A stretch of DNA of 32,000 bases from Ruminococcus albus 7 = DSM 20455 (GTDB taxonomy: Bacteria > Bacillota > Clostridia > Oscillospirales > Ruminococcaceae), in the NCBI RefSeq assembly GCF_000179635.2, contig NC_014833.1, positions 1,530,001 to 1,562,000 on the forward strand, in the 5' to 3' direction. The position numbers and the translations under genes were made by a program. The notes below the pieces were generated by a model. The model had not been told where the DNA came from and searched no databases. It worked only from the letters and a program-made list of their open reading frames with translations. This document shows positions 1 through 7,648 of this stretch, in pieces; the first letter of the stretch is position 1, and each line of letters begins with the position of its first letter.

Positions 1-40
1 TTTCAAGCTGCTTTCTGCTGATGATCTGGCAAAGTTCTGA
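1..40 (+). CDS. 3' end of an upstream gene (partial, product unknown)
   Basis: Frame 2 is open from the window edge to TGA at 38..40. A hairpin plus T-run follows at 55..100. Too short to identify. Confidence 0.25.
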   Translation, partial: FKLLSADDLAKF

Positions 41-54
41 TAAATAGACGATAT

Positions 55-100
55 GCGCTGCTGATACTGCTTATAATAGCAGCTTTGGCAGCGCTGTTTT
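55..100 (+). terminator. Rho-independent terminator of the upstream gene
   Basis: GCGCTGC (55..61) pairs with GCAGCGC (88..94). An inner CTGCT/AGCAG helix sits inside, and TGTTTT follows. Confidence 0.5.
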
Positions 101-119
101 CATATAACGGAGACAAAAA

Positions 120-1085
120 ATGAGAGACAGAAAACTTGATAAAGCCTGCGCCATAAGTGCACTGGCTGTAATGCCGTTTGTTATGTTGCTGTTTATCGCA
201 GAGTCCGTTGTTAAGGACAAATTTGCACCCAAAACACTGATAGGTGCAGATGGTCTTTTACAGATGAAAAAGTACTGCGTAACGCTGATAGAATATCATG
301 CAGCAGGCGCGGTGTTTATCTTCATACTTACTATGCTTGCGGCATGGTTATTTCGCAAGTTAAGCGGCAGCAAGAACAATTCGCGGCGCAAAAGTATTAT
401 CGCAGCAGTTCTGCTTGCGGTGGGTTGGCTGCTTTTATTCCCGATTTATACGGGCTGTGATGTTCAGGCAGAATCCGCAGGCTGCAAGGGCGTTCCTATA
501 TTTCGTGTGGCAGATCTGCTTACGAAGCTGAACGCAGATATAGATTCTGAGGAAGTTGAAATCGGGTATACGGGTAAGCCCATGTTCGCAAATTATTCCT
601 ATAGATACTCAAGAAACCAATGGCCCGAAAACGAATACGCCTTTGTTACCCTATCCAAGAAGACCATTGGTCAGATATCACATGAGGACATGAAAAAACT
701 CAACAATGGTATCTACCGCTATGCCGATCACGAATTCAAGGTCTACAGTAATTCCAGAATTATCGCAAATATTGACGGTGTCGGAAATGTGGATGATATA
801 TCGCAGGAGGTCATAACTCTGGAGTTCGATCCCGAAACACGTATGATATACCGTGATCTCATCTGTGATGACGAATCCGAATTGCCTATGATGTACTATA
901 TTTTCAGAAAAAACGGCAGGTTTGTAGCGGAATGTCCTGCTAATAACGATACCGATTGTTATGTATCGGGTGCATACAATAGCAATTTGGAGATATGGAT
1001 AGAAGCACGCGACCTTGTACGCGACAAGACGGTCCGTGTCAGTAATGTCATCACCTGTGAACATACCGAACACATTGAGGAATAA
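120..1085 (+). CDS. hypothetical membrane protein
   Basis: 321-aa ORF. GGAGA lies 7 nt upstream of the ATG. The N-terminal third has several hydrophobic segments. No family motif recognised. Confidence 0.6.
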   Translation: MRDRKLDKACAISALAVMPFVMLLFIAESVVKDKFAPKTLIGADGLLQMKKYCVTLIEYHAAGAVFIFILTMLAAWLFRKLSGSKNNSRRKSIIAAVLLAVGWLLLFPIYTGCDVQAESAGCKGVPIFRVADLLTKLNADIDSEEVEIGYTGKPMFANYSYRYSRNQWPENEYAFVTLSKKTIGQISHEDMKKLNNGIYRYADHEFKVYSNSRIIANIDGVGNVDDISQEVITLEFDPETRMIYRDLICDDESELPMMYYIFRKNGRFVAECPANNDTDCYVSGAYNSNLEIWIEARDLVRDKTVRVSNVITCEHTEHIEE

Positions 1086-1347
1086 TAGTACTCGGAAGTC
1101 TGTGAATAAAATGTTAACCAAGGCTAACAACAAAGCTTGCCATATACCCTATATCCGACAGGATATATAGGTCAATGAAAAATATACATCAAATCGGAAT
1201 AAGTAAAAAACAACGTATTTACTGACTATTTCTTACATTCACAGGTGAAATGCGGAAGAGGGAAAACAATTAGTGAAGACTAACTGTTGAATTAGTTAGT
1301 TGTAACTAATCGTTTATTAATATTTCATTAAATTTTCATAAAAGCCC

Positions 1348-1375
1348 TTGACTATTTGTGAAAATGTGCTATTAT
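1348..1375 (+). promoter_or_regulatory. sigma-A type promoter for the ferredoxin gene
   Basis: TTGACT (1348..1353), 16-nt spacer, TGcTATTAT extended -10 (TATTAT 1370..1375). Confidence 0.5.
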
Positions 1376-1445
1376 AGAATACGGAGAGAACGAACCGCAT
1401 CAGCGGTCAGTATCTCTTTCAAGGACTATAAGGAGGTATTTTACT

Positions 1446-1616
1446 ATGGCTTATAAGATTAGTGACGATTGCATCGGTTGCGGCGCTTGCGCTGCTGAGT
1501 GCCCTGTAGGTGCTATTTCCGAGGGTGACGGCAAGTACGTTATCGACGCTTCTGCTTGTCTGGATTGCGGTGCTTGTGCAGGTACATGTCCTGTTGGCGC
1601 TCCTCAGGCTGAATAA
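1446..1616 (+). CDS. fdx: 2x[4Fe-4S] clostridial-type ferredoxin (56 aa, below the ORF-track cutoff)
   Basis: Translation is MAYKISDDCIGCGACAAECPVGAISEGDGKYVIDASACLDCGACAGTCPVGAPQAE, with two CxxCxxCxxxCP cluster motifs. AAGGAGG lies upstream of the ATG. Confidence 0.92.
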   Translation: MAYKISDDCIGCGACAAECPVGAISEGDGKYVIDASACLDCGACAGTCPVGAPQAE

Positions 1617-1631
1617 TTTTTAGCAGACACG

Positions 1632-1666
1632 ATATCCGTTCCTTTATGGGGACGGATATTTTTTTG
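1632..1666 (+). terminator. Rho-independent terminator of fdx
   Basis: ATATCCGTcc / ggACGGATAT hairpin followed by TTTTTTT. Confidence 0.8.
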
Positions 1667-1800
1667 CCTTCGTACTGAATGCTATGTTTTGTATATCAAT
1701 AAAAGTACCGGCTTATACAGTCGCATCAAGTGATATGCTGAAGGAACTGCCATGTAATAAAATATACTAATTTCAGAAATAAAATATATAAAAAACAATA

Positions 1801-1829
1801 TTGACAAAGCTGCTGCTATGAGGTATAAT
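1801..1829 (+). promoter_or_regulatory. consensus promoter for the THF riboswitch-folC transcript
   Basis: TTGACA (1801..1806), 17-nt spacer, TATAAT (1824..1829). Confidence 0.75.
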
Positions 1830-1888
1830 ATTAAGCATATTAAGCTGTATAATTATGGTAAAATAAACCAGTATACAGTTTACTAAAC

Positions 1889-1987
1889 TGAAGAGTAAAA
1901 ATACGTTCGTTAAGTGTTGGCTGAACGGGGAGTTGTCAGTCAGATGAAAAGCATGAGCTTGCGCTTCGTATTTTGCATCCCGCTTCA
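1889..1987 (+). promoter_or_regulatory. THF (tetrahydrofolate, folT-motif) riboswitch aptamer
   Basis: The sequence UGAAGAGUAAAAAUACGUUCGUUAAGUGU...GAACGGGGAGUUG...CUUCGUAUUUUGCAUCCCGCUUCA aligns block by block with the Eubacterium siraeum THF aptamer as I remember it (GGAGAGUAGAUGAUUCGCGUUAAGUGUGUGUGAAUGGGAUGU...GAAUCAUUGCAUCCGCUCC). P1 is UGAAG/CUUCA and P2 is AAAAUACG/CGUAUUUU. It sits upstream of a folate gene. Confidence 0.85.
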
Positions 1988-2008
1988 TAGGACAAAATAA
2001 AGCACTGT

Positions 2009-2052
2009 GCCTTCTTTTCTGTCGTATGAGTGAGGAAAAGGAGGCCTTTTTA
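2009..2052 (+). terminator. riboswitch expression-platform terminator (transcriptional OFF switch)
   Basis: GCCTTCTTTTC (2009..2019) pairs with GAAAAGGAGGC (2035..2045), including one G-U pair. CTTTTTAT follows. It lies between the aptamer and the folC start. Confidence 0.7.
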
Positions 2053-2121
2053 TGCACGCAAACGATCCGATAACTGCATTAAAGGCTTATAAAGTCTGTT
2101 ACGGAGGATAAGGGTGAGAAA

Positions 2122-3393
2122 ATGACTTACGAAGAATCACTGGAATATCTGAAGCTTGCCTCGGGAAAAGGCAGCGTGTTCGGACTTGAACGGGTAAAGG
2201 AACTGCTCAGGCGGCTGGGTGATCCACAGGAAAATGTGGCGATAATACACGTATCGGGAACTAACGGCAAAGGTTCATTCGGGGCTATGCTGACATCTGT
2301 GCTTTCCGAACAGGGCTATATCACAGGCGGATTTTCTTCACCTGCCATAACCTCGGTGACCGACAGCTACCGTATAAACTGCACCGAGATAAGCGAGGAG
2401 GTATTTGCCGATATCATCGGTATAATTGCTCCCATGGCAGATGCTATGGAGGATAAGCCCACTGAGTTTGAGATGCTTGCTGCAGCGGCATTCGTTCTGT
2501 TTGCCAAGGAAAACTGCGATATCGCCGTTGTTGAATGCGGCATGGGCGGAGATACGGATGCTACTAATGTTATGACCTCACCTTTGCTGTCTGTAATAAC
2601 CAATGTACAGTCCGATCACTGCCGTTTCCTGGGAAATACCCTGGCAGAGATAGCATCTCACAAGGCAGGTATAATCAAGCGCTGCCGTCCTGTGTATTTC
2701 GGCGGTGAAAGCAGTGAAGCCCTTGATGTCATCAGGCGCAGGGCTGAGGAATATGATGCACCCCTTTCGTTAAAAGACCCTGACTGTATATCGGATGTAA
2801 GCTGCAGTCTTGAGGGTATCAGTTTGGTATGGAAGGATCATCGGCTGAAAACTTCCTTGTGCGGAAGTTACCAGACTGATAATATCCTGAATGTACTTCA
2901 CTGCGTGGATATACTCAGGGATATGGGGCTGGAGATAAGCGATACAGCCCTTGAAAACGGTCTTGCAAAAACTGAATGGCACGGCAGGTTTGAAATACTC
3001 CGCCGTGACCCTTATGTTATATTCGACGGTGCACATAACCCCGACGGCATACGTTTCGCGGCTGATACCATATCACGCTTTTTCACTGAAAAGGCAGCGA
3101 TACTCATAGGTGTAATGGCTGATAAGGAATACGGGCTGTATGCCGATATGCTTGGCAGATATATAGATAAGGCATTCACTGTAAGACCCGATAATCCCCG
3201 TGCCCTCCACAGCAGTAAGCTTGCTGAGGTATTCACCGCTAATGGTATAAAAGCTGAAAGCTTTGAAGTCCTCTCAGACGGTGTAGAAGCGGCATATTCC
3301 TACGCAAAGGAAAAGGATATCCCACTTATCGCACTGGGCTCGCTATATATGTACCGCGAGTTCACAGTATGCCTTGACAGGATATCCCAATAA
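2122..3393 (+). CDS. folC: folylpolyglutamate synthase / dihydrofolate synthase
   Basis: 423 aa. Mur-ligase P-loop VSGTNGKGS, a FolC-typical N-terminus (YEESLEYL...GLERVKELLRRLGDPQ) and a C-terminal DGAHNPDG motif. Confidence 0.92.
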   Translation: MTYEESLEYLKLASGKGSVFGLERVKELLRRLGDPQENVAIIHVSGTNGKGSFGAMLTSVLSEQGYITGGFSSPAITSVTDSYRINCTEISEEVFADIIGIIAPMADAMEDKPTEFEMLAAAAFVLFAKENCDIAVVECGMGGDTDATNVMTSPLLSVITNVQSDHCRFLGNTLAEIASHKAGIIKRCRPVYFGGESSEALDVIRRRAEEYDAPLSLKDPDCISDVSCSLEGISLVWKDHRLKTSLCGSYQTDNILNVLHCVDILRDMGLEISDTALENGLAKTEWHGRFEILRRDPYVIFDGAHNPDGIRFAADTISRFFTEKAAILIGVMADKEYGLYADMLGRYIDKAFTVRPDNPRALHSSKLAEVFTANGIKAESFEVLSDGVEAAYSYAKEKDIPLIALGSLYMYREFTVCLDRISQ

Positions 3394-3410
3394 TAAATAT
3401 ACTGAAAACC

Positions 3411-3438
3411 ATGCCCGGCTTTAAAGCCGGGCATTTTT
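3411..3438 (+). terminator. Rho-independent terminator of folC
   Basis: ATGCCCGGCT ttaa AGCCGGGCAT followed by TTTTT. Confidence 0.85.
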
Positions 3439-3445
3439 GTCAGCC

Positions 3446-3482
3446 ATAAAAAAGCTGTGTGACAGCGGGTCACACAGCTTTT
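3446..3482 (-). terminator. Rho-independent terminator of the EF-G-like gene
   Basis: AGCTGTGTGAC agcg GTCACACAGCT hairpin. The A-run on the plus strand (T-run on the minus strand) lies on the 3' side for the minus strand. Confidence 0.8.
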
Positions 3483-3489
3483 GGTATCA

Positions 3490-5571
3490 TCAATCGGTCA
3501 CTGCATTCTTAGCGATTACATCAGCCACCAGGTTTGCGGGGAGGGGTTCGTATCTTACCTTCTCAAATGTGAAGCTTCCTCTGCCCTGTGTCATCTGTCT
3601 GAGGGTCAGGGTGAAGTCCTGCATCTCTGCCATGGGAACTTCTGCTACTATCTCGGTCAGACCGTGTTTATCGGTGGGGTTCATGCCGAGGACTCTGCCG
3701 CGGCGCTTATTCAGCTCGCCCATCATGTCGCCTGTATTGTCATCGGGTACAATTAAGTTCAGCGCACCTATTGGTTCAAGGAGTATAGGTTCAGCCTGTC
3801 TCAGACCCTCCTTGTAAGCTATGGAAGCTGCCATTTTGAATGCCATTTCGGAAGAGTCAACAGGGTGGTAAGAACCGTCAACCAGTATAGCTTTAAGTCC
3901 CACAACAGGGAAACCTGCCAGCACGCCCTTCTTTACGCTCTCCTGAAGTCCCTTTTCAACTGCGGGGAAGAAGTTCTTGGGCACAGCACCGCCGAATACC
4001 TTCTCCTCGAATATCAGATCGTCAGATACACAAGGCTCGAACTCTATCCATACATCGCCGTACTGTCCGTGACCGCCCGACTGTTTCTTGTGTCTGCCCT
4101 GTACCTTGACCTTCTTGCGGATAGTCTCGCGGTAGCTTATCTTAGGCGATACCACGTCCATATCCACACCGAAATCACTCTTTAGTCTGCCCTGTACGGA
4201 ATCAAGATGCAGACCGCCCAGTGTTGAGAGTATCATCTCATTAGTAGAGGGATCAAGCTCATATTTAAGAGTAAGATCCTCCTCCAGCAGCCTTGCTATA
4301 GCTGCGGATATCTTGCTTTCATCACCCTGCTTTGTAGCCTTTACAGCCATTTTGTAGCAAGGCTTCGGGAATTCGATAGCCTCGAATTTTACAACTCTCG
4401 ATGCATCGCAGATAGTGTCATTGGTGTTGACGTTCATCTTGCTTGCAACAACGATGTCGCCTGCGCCTGCTTCGGTTATATCTATCTGCTTCTTGCCAAC
4501 CAGGGTCATCAGCTTGCCGACTTTTTCGGTGCTGCCGGTGGTAGCGTTTACTATCTCCATATTGGGCTTCAGTACACCTGCAAATACCTTGATGAACGAC
4601 ATCTTGCCAACGAATGGATCCGCAACTGTCTTGAATACGAATGCTGCCAGAGGATCCGATTCCTTGCACTCTACTTCGATCGTATCACCGCTTGCAGTTT
4701 CGCCTACCATAGCATCCTTCTCCGAGGGAGGAGGCAGCAGCAGGTCGATCTCTTTCAGCAGCATATCAACACCCGAAAGATCGGTGGAGGATACACAGGT
4801 AACAGGAGTGATGACACCGGAGTTCATACCTCTGTGTATACCGTCAATGAGTTCCTTTTGTGTGAAGGATTCGCCCGAGAAGAACTTGTCCATAAGTTCC
4901 TCATCGGTCTCGGCAACAGCCTCGGATACAGCCTCAATCAGACCGTCGATACGGTATTCCATTTTCTCGGATACCTCAGCTGTGGGCATATCTGTTTCAA
5001 CAGCCTTGCCGTCCACGTATTTGTATGCCTTCATCTCGATGAGATTGATGTAGCTTACTATCTTTCTGTCAGCGATGACGGGTACGACAACAGGGCAAAC
5101 GGTAGGACCGAATTCGCTCTTTAACTGTGTAAGCACGTTGTTGAAGTTAGCGTTCTCGTCATCTATCTTTGTTACAACGAACATGGTGGGCTTGCCGAAT
5201 TTCTTAGCGCACTCGTAAGCCTTGTGAGTGCCGACCTTTACGCCCGACTTTGCCGATACGGTTATCAGCACACATCCGCTTGCGTATATGCCCTCTACCA
5301 TGCCGCTCTCGTAGTCAAACAGACCGGGAGTATCAAGCAGATTAACTTTCAGATCACTTGTTTCCATAACGGAAAGGGAAGTGTATACCGAGCATTTTCT
5401 CTTTATCTCGTCTGCAGTGTAGTCCGAAACGGTGGTACCGTCGAGTACCTTGCCAAGTCTGTCAACTGTTCCGCTCTTATATAACAAAGCCTCTGTCAGT
5501 GAGGTCTTACCTGACCCTGCGTGACCTGCAACGGCAATATTCTTGATCTTTGTACTGTCAAACTTTTTCAA
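3490..5571 (-). CDS. elongation factor G family GTPase (EF-G paralogue)
   Basis: 693 aa. G1 motif AGHAGSGKTS, DTPG, TKID (NKxD-type), and EF-G domain IV/V-like C-terminus. TTG start with AGGAG 9 nt upstream. Confidence 0.9.
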   Translation of the reverse strand: MKKFDSTKIKNIAVAGHAGSGKTSLTEALLYKSGTVDRLGKVLDGTTVSDYTADEIKRKCSVYTSLSVMETSDLKVNLLDTPGLFDYESGMVEGIYASGCVLITVSAKSGVKVGTHKAYECAKKFGKPTMFVVTKIDDENANFNNVLTQLKSEFGPTVCPVVVPVIADRKIVSYINLIEMKAYKYVDGKAVETDMPTAEVSEKMEYRIDGLIEAVSEAVAETDEELMDKFFSGESFTQKELIDGIHRGMNSGVITPVTCVSSTDLSGVDMLLKEIDLLLPPPSEKDAMVGETASGDTIEVECKESDPLAAFVFKTVADPFVGKMSFIKVFAGVLKPNMEIVNATTGSTEKVGKLMTLVGKKQIDITEAGAGDIVVASKMNVNTNDTICDASRVVKFEAIEFPKPCYKMAVKATKQGDESKISAAIARLLEEDLTLKYELDPSTNEMILSTLGGLHLDSVQGRLKSDFGVDMDVVSPKISYRETIRKKVKVQGRHKKQSGGHGQYGDVWIEFEPCVSDDLIFEEKVFGGAVPKNFFPAVEKGLQESVKKGVLAGFPVVGLKAILVDGSYHPVDSSEMAFKMAASIAYKEGLRQAEPILLEPIGALNLIVPDDNTGDMMGELNKRRGRVLGMNPTDKHGLTEIVAEVPMAEMQDFTLTLRQMTQGRGSFTFEKVRYEPLPANLVADVIAKNAVTD

Positions 5572-5917
5572 TGTGATTCGCTCCTATCTGTGACTTTACG
5601 TCTTTATATTTTCAGTGTGAGTTTTGCGATGGTGAATATACACAAAAACCTCAACTGCATAACATAATTATATATTATTTTAGTCAAAATAGCAATAGCA
5701 TTATCGAAAAAAGTTTTCGTGATTATGAACAAAATTTAAAACAGATATTTTACATTTGGGTCAGAAACGTGTCTTTTTGACATATTTTCAGGAATTTCAC
5801 TCTCCCGAAAGCAGTTTTTAATATGTCCCTCCGAACCATGTTCAGTCCTTATGGAGATGTCATTATAATGCATAATACCGCTGACATCGCCGTACTGTTT
5901 GTCAGTTCCGACATATC

Positions 5918-7123
5918 TCAGGATCTTCGGTCATCGGAAAGCAGCCTGTCACAAGTCATATCTATACCTATCGCACCCAGGGGCGCAGTCAGTATTATAC
6001 CCATTACCGCCACCGAAAGTATGGTCTTTCCGCAGGACAGCCCCGCAGCCATAGGTACTGAACCTATAGCTGCCTGTACTGTAGCTTTCGGAAGGTAGGC
6101 TATAACGCAGAAAAGCCTTTCCCTGATATCAAGCTTAGTTCCTGCTGTGCATATCACAACGCCCACGGCGCGGAATATCAGGGCTATGAATATCATAGCC
6201 GCCGCAGAAGCCCCTGCCGAAAGGGTGTACCTTATATCCACAGCAGCCCCAACCATCACAAAGAGTATAACTTCTGCTGCTATCCATATTTTACCAAACT
6301 TTTCCGAAAGCCCTTTCGTAACAGATACCTCGCTTTTCAGCTTCAGCACGCAAGCCATAGCCACCACAGCTAAAAGTCCCGAAACTGCTGCGTAAGGCTT
6401 GGCTGCACTCTCAGCGGTCATCAGCAGAAAAGCTGCCGAAAGCAGTACTATCGCTTTAATGCTGCCGCGGATCTTCATGCCGCGCCTGAAAGAATATTCA
6501 AACAGCATATACACCATGATGCCCGCACAAGCCCCCAGCAGAAGTCCCAGTGCTATCGAAACAGGAATGTCCAGCAGCCCCGAAAGTTTCGCACCACCCC
6601 CCTGCGCCATTGTCAGGAAGGTCGAGAACAGCACTATCACAAATACATCATCGCATGATGCCCCTGCAAGTATCATCTGCGGTATGCCCTTTTCGGTGCC
6701 GCGCTTTTTCTCGATAAGAGATACCATGCGCGGAACTACCACCGCAGGGGATACAGCGCTTAGTACAGCACCCATCAAAGCCGAATCAGTCAGCGAAGTC
6801 CCGAGAAGAAAGGGCGCGAATATAAGATACCCCGTCATCTCAAAACAGGCAGGAAGAAAACTCATCAGCACCGCCGACCGTCCGACTTTTTTCAGGTCTG
6901 AAAGATCAAGTGCCAGTCCTGCCTTTATAAGGATTATGATGAGCGCCGTCTGACGGAGTTCACCTGATACCGACAGCACCTTGTCATCGAGAAGCCCCAG
7001 TACAAAAGGTCCCACGACTATCCCCGCAGCCAGCATACCTATGACCCTCGGTAGTTTCATCATCTGAAAAAGCGCCCCTGCGCCAAGTCCTGCAAGAAAT
7101 ATCACAGCAAAAGAAAACAGCAT
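5918..7123 (-). CDS. cation:proton antiporter (Na+/H+ exchanger family)
   Basis: Polytopic membrane protein with an N-terminus typical of the family (MLFSFAVIFLAGLGAGALFQMMKLPRVIGMLAAGIVVGP). I chose the ATG at 7123 because GGAGG lies 8 nt upstream. The track ORF extends to 7180 with no SD. Confidence 0.85.
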   Translation of the reverse strand: MLFSFAVIFLAGLGAGALFQMMKLPRVIGMLAAGIVVGPFVLGLLDDKVLSVSGELRQTALIIILIKAGLALDLSDLKKVGRSAVLMSFLPACFEMTGYLIFAPFLLGTSLTDSALMGAVLSAVSPAVVVPRMVSLIEKKRGTEKGIPQMILAGASCDDVFVIVLFSTFLTMAQGGGAKLSGLLDIPVSIALGLLLGACAGIMVYMLFEYSFRRGMKIRGSIKAIVLLSAAFLLMTAESAAKPYAAVSGLLAVVAMACVLKLKSEVSVTKGLSEKFGKIWIAAEVILFVMVGAAVDIRYTLSAGASAAAMIFIALIFRAVGVVICTAGTKLDIRERLFCVIAYLPKATVQAAIGSVPMAAGLSCGKTILSVAVMGIILTAPLGAIGIDMTCDRLLSDDRRS

Positions 7124-7136
7124 AAATACACCTCCG

Positions 7137-7184
7137 AAAAAATAAAAAAGCCGACAGCATCCGCGTATTGCAGATGTCATCAGC
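7137..7184 (-). terminator. intrinsic terminator inside the antiporter leader (candidate attenuator or riboswitch expression platform)
   Basis: On the minus strand, GCUGAUGACAUCUGC aauac GCGGAUGCUGUCGGC forms a 15-bp stem with 1 mismatch and several G-U pairs. UUUUUUAUUUUUU follows, immediately before the SD. Confidence 0.55.
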
Positions 7185-7244
7185 TCAGAATAAGCAGTTC
7201 AGGTAAAACCTCGGGAGACTATCATTCCCATACGATATATTATC

Positions 7245-7273
7245 AATATACCACAGTTCACCGGCTTTGTCAA
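7245..7273 (-). promoter_or_regulatory. promoter of the antiporter gene
   Basis: On the minus strand: TTGACA (7273..7268), 17 nt, TGgTATATT (-10 at 7250..7245). Confidence 0.65.
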
Positions 7274-7367
7274 TATGTTTTTGTTATCCCTTCGGGACAC
7301 TGCCGCATAAACCAATATAAATTCGTACACTCGGGGTGTGATGTATGAACGTGATGATTTTTCCGAA

Positions 7368-7396
7368 TTGACAATGTTGACAGAATGTGATATCAT
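7368..7396 (+). promoter_or_regulatory. promoter of the small-ORF/phosphonate operon
   Basis: TTGACA (7368..7373), 17 nt, TGaTATCAT (-10 at 7391..7396). Confidence 0.5.
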
Positions 7397-7439
7397 AATC
7401 AGTAAGTTATTAACATATCAAAACGGAGGTATGGATATT

Positions 7440-7634
7440 ATGAAACATATCATTAAAGATCTCATTGAACCTGATAACGGATGTGAGGGCTTTGCCGAGG
7501 GCGAGGAACCTATGGTGACACTTATACTCGATAACGGCAGGAGTGTAAAGGTGCCTGATATGACCGCATACCGCCGCGGCTGGGATACGGGTGCGGAGAT
7601 ATCCGATGAGGATATAGCTGAGTTTGCAAAATAA
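7440..7634 (+). CDS. small acidic hypothetical protein (64 aa)
   Basis: MKHIIKDLIEPDNGCEGFAEGEEP... GGAGG (7425..7429) lies 10 nt upstream of the ATG at 7440. The longer track ORF from 7338 has no SD. Confidence 0.55.
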   Translation: MKHIIKDLIEPDNGCEGFAEGEEPMVTLILDNGRSVKVPDMTAYRRGWDTGAEISDEDIAEFAK

Positions 7635-7648
7635 GACGGAGAGAATAT

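Noticed and set aside
1773-2057. 94-aa minus-strand ORF
   Set aside because: It lies exactly over the plus-strand promoter, THF riboswitch and terminator. It has no SD and a low-complexity translation.
7124-7180. N-terminal 19-aa extension of the antiporter ORF
   Set aside because: The extension would be translated from the terminator hairpin and T-run. The ATG at 7123 has a proper GGAGG SD and starts directly with the first transmembrane helix.
7338-7439. Longer 98-aa version of the small ORF upstream of pepM
   Set aside because: The upstream ATGs have no SD and overlap the predicted promoter (7368..7396). The ATG at 7440 is correctly spaced from GGAGG.
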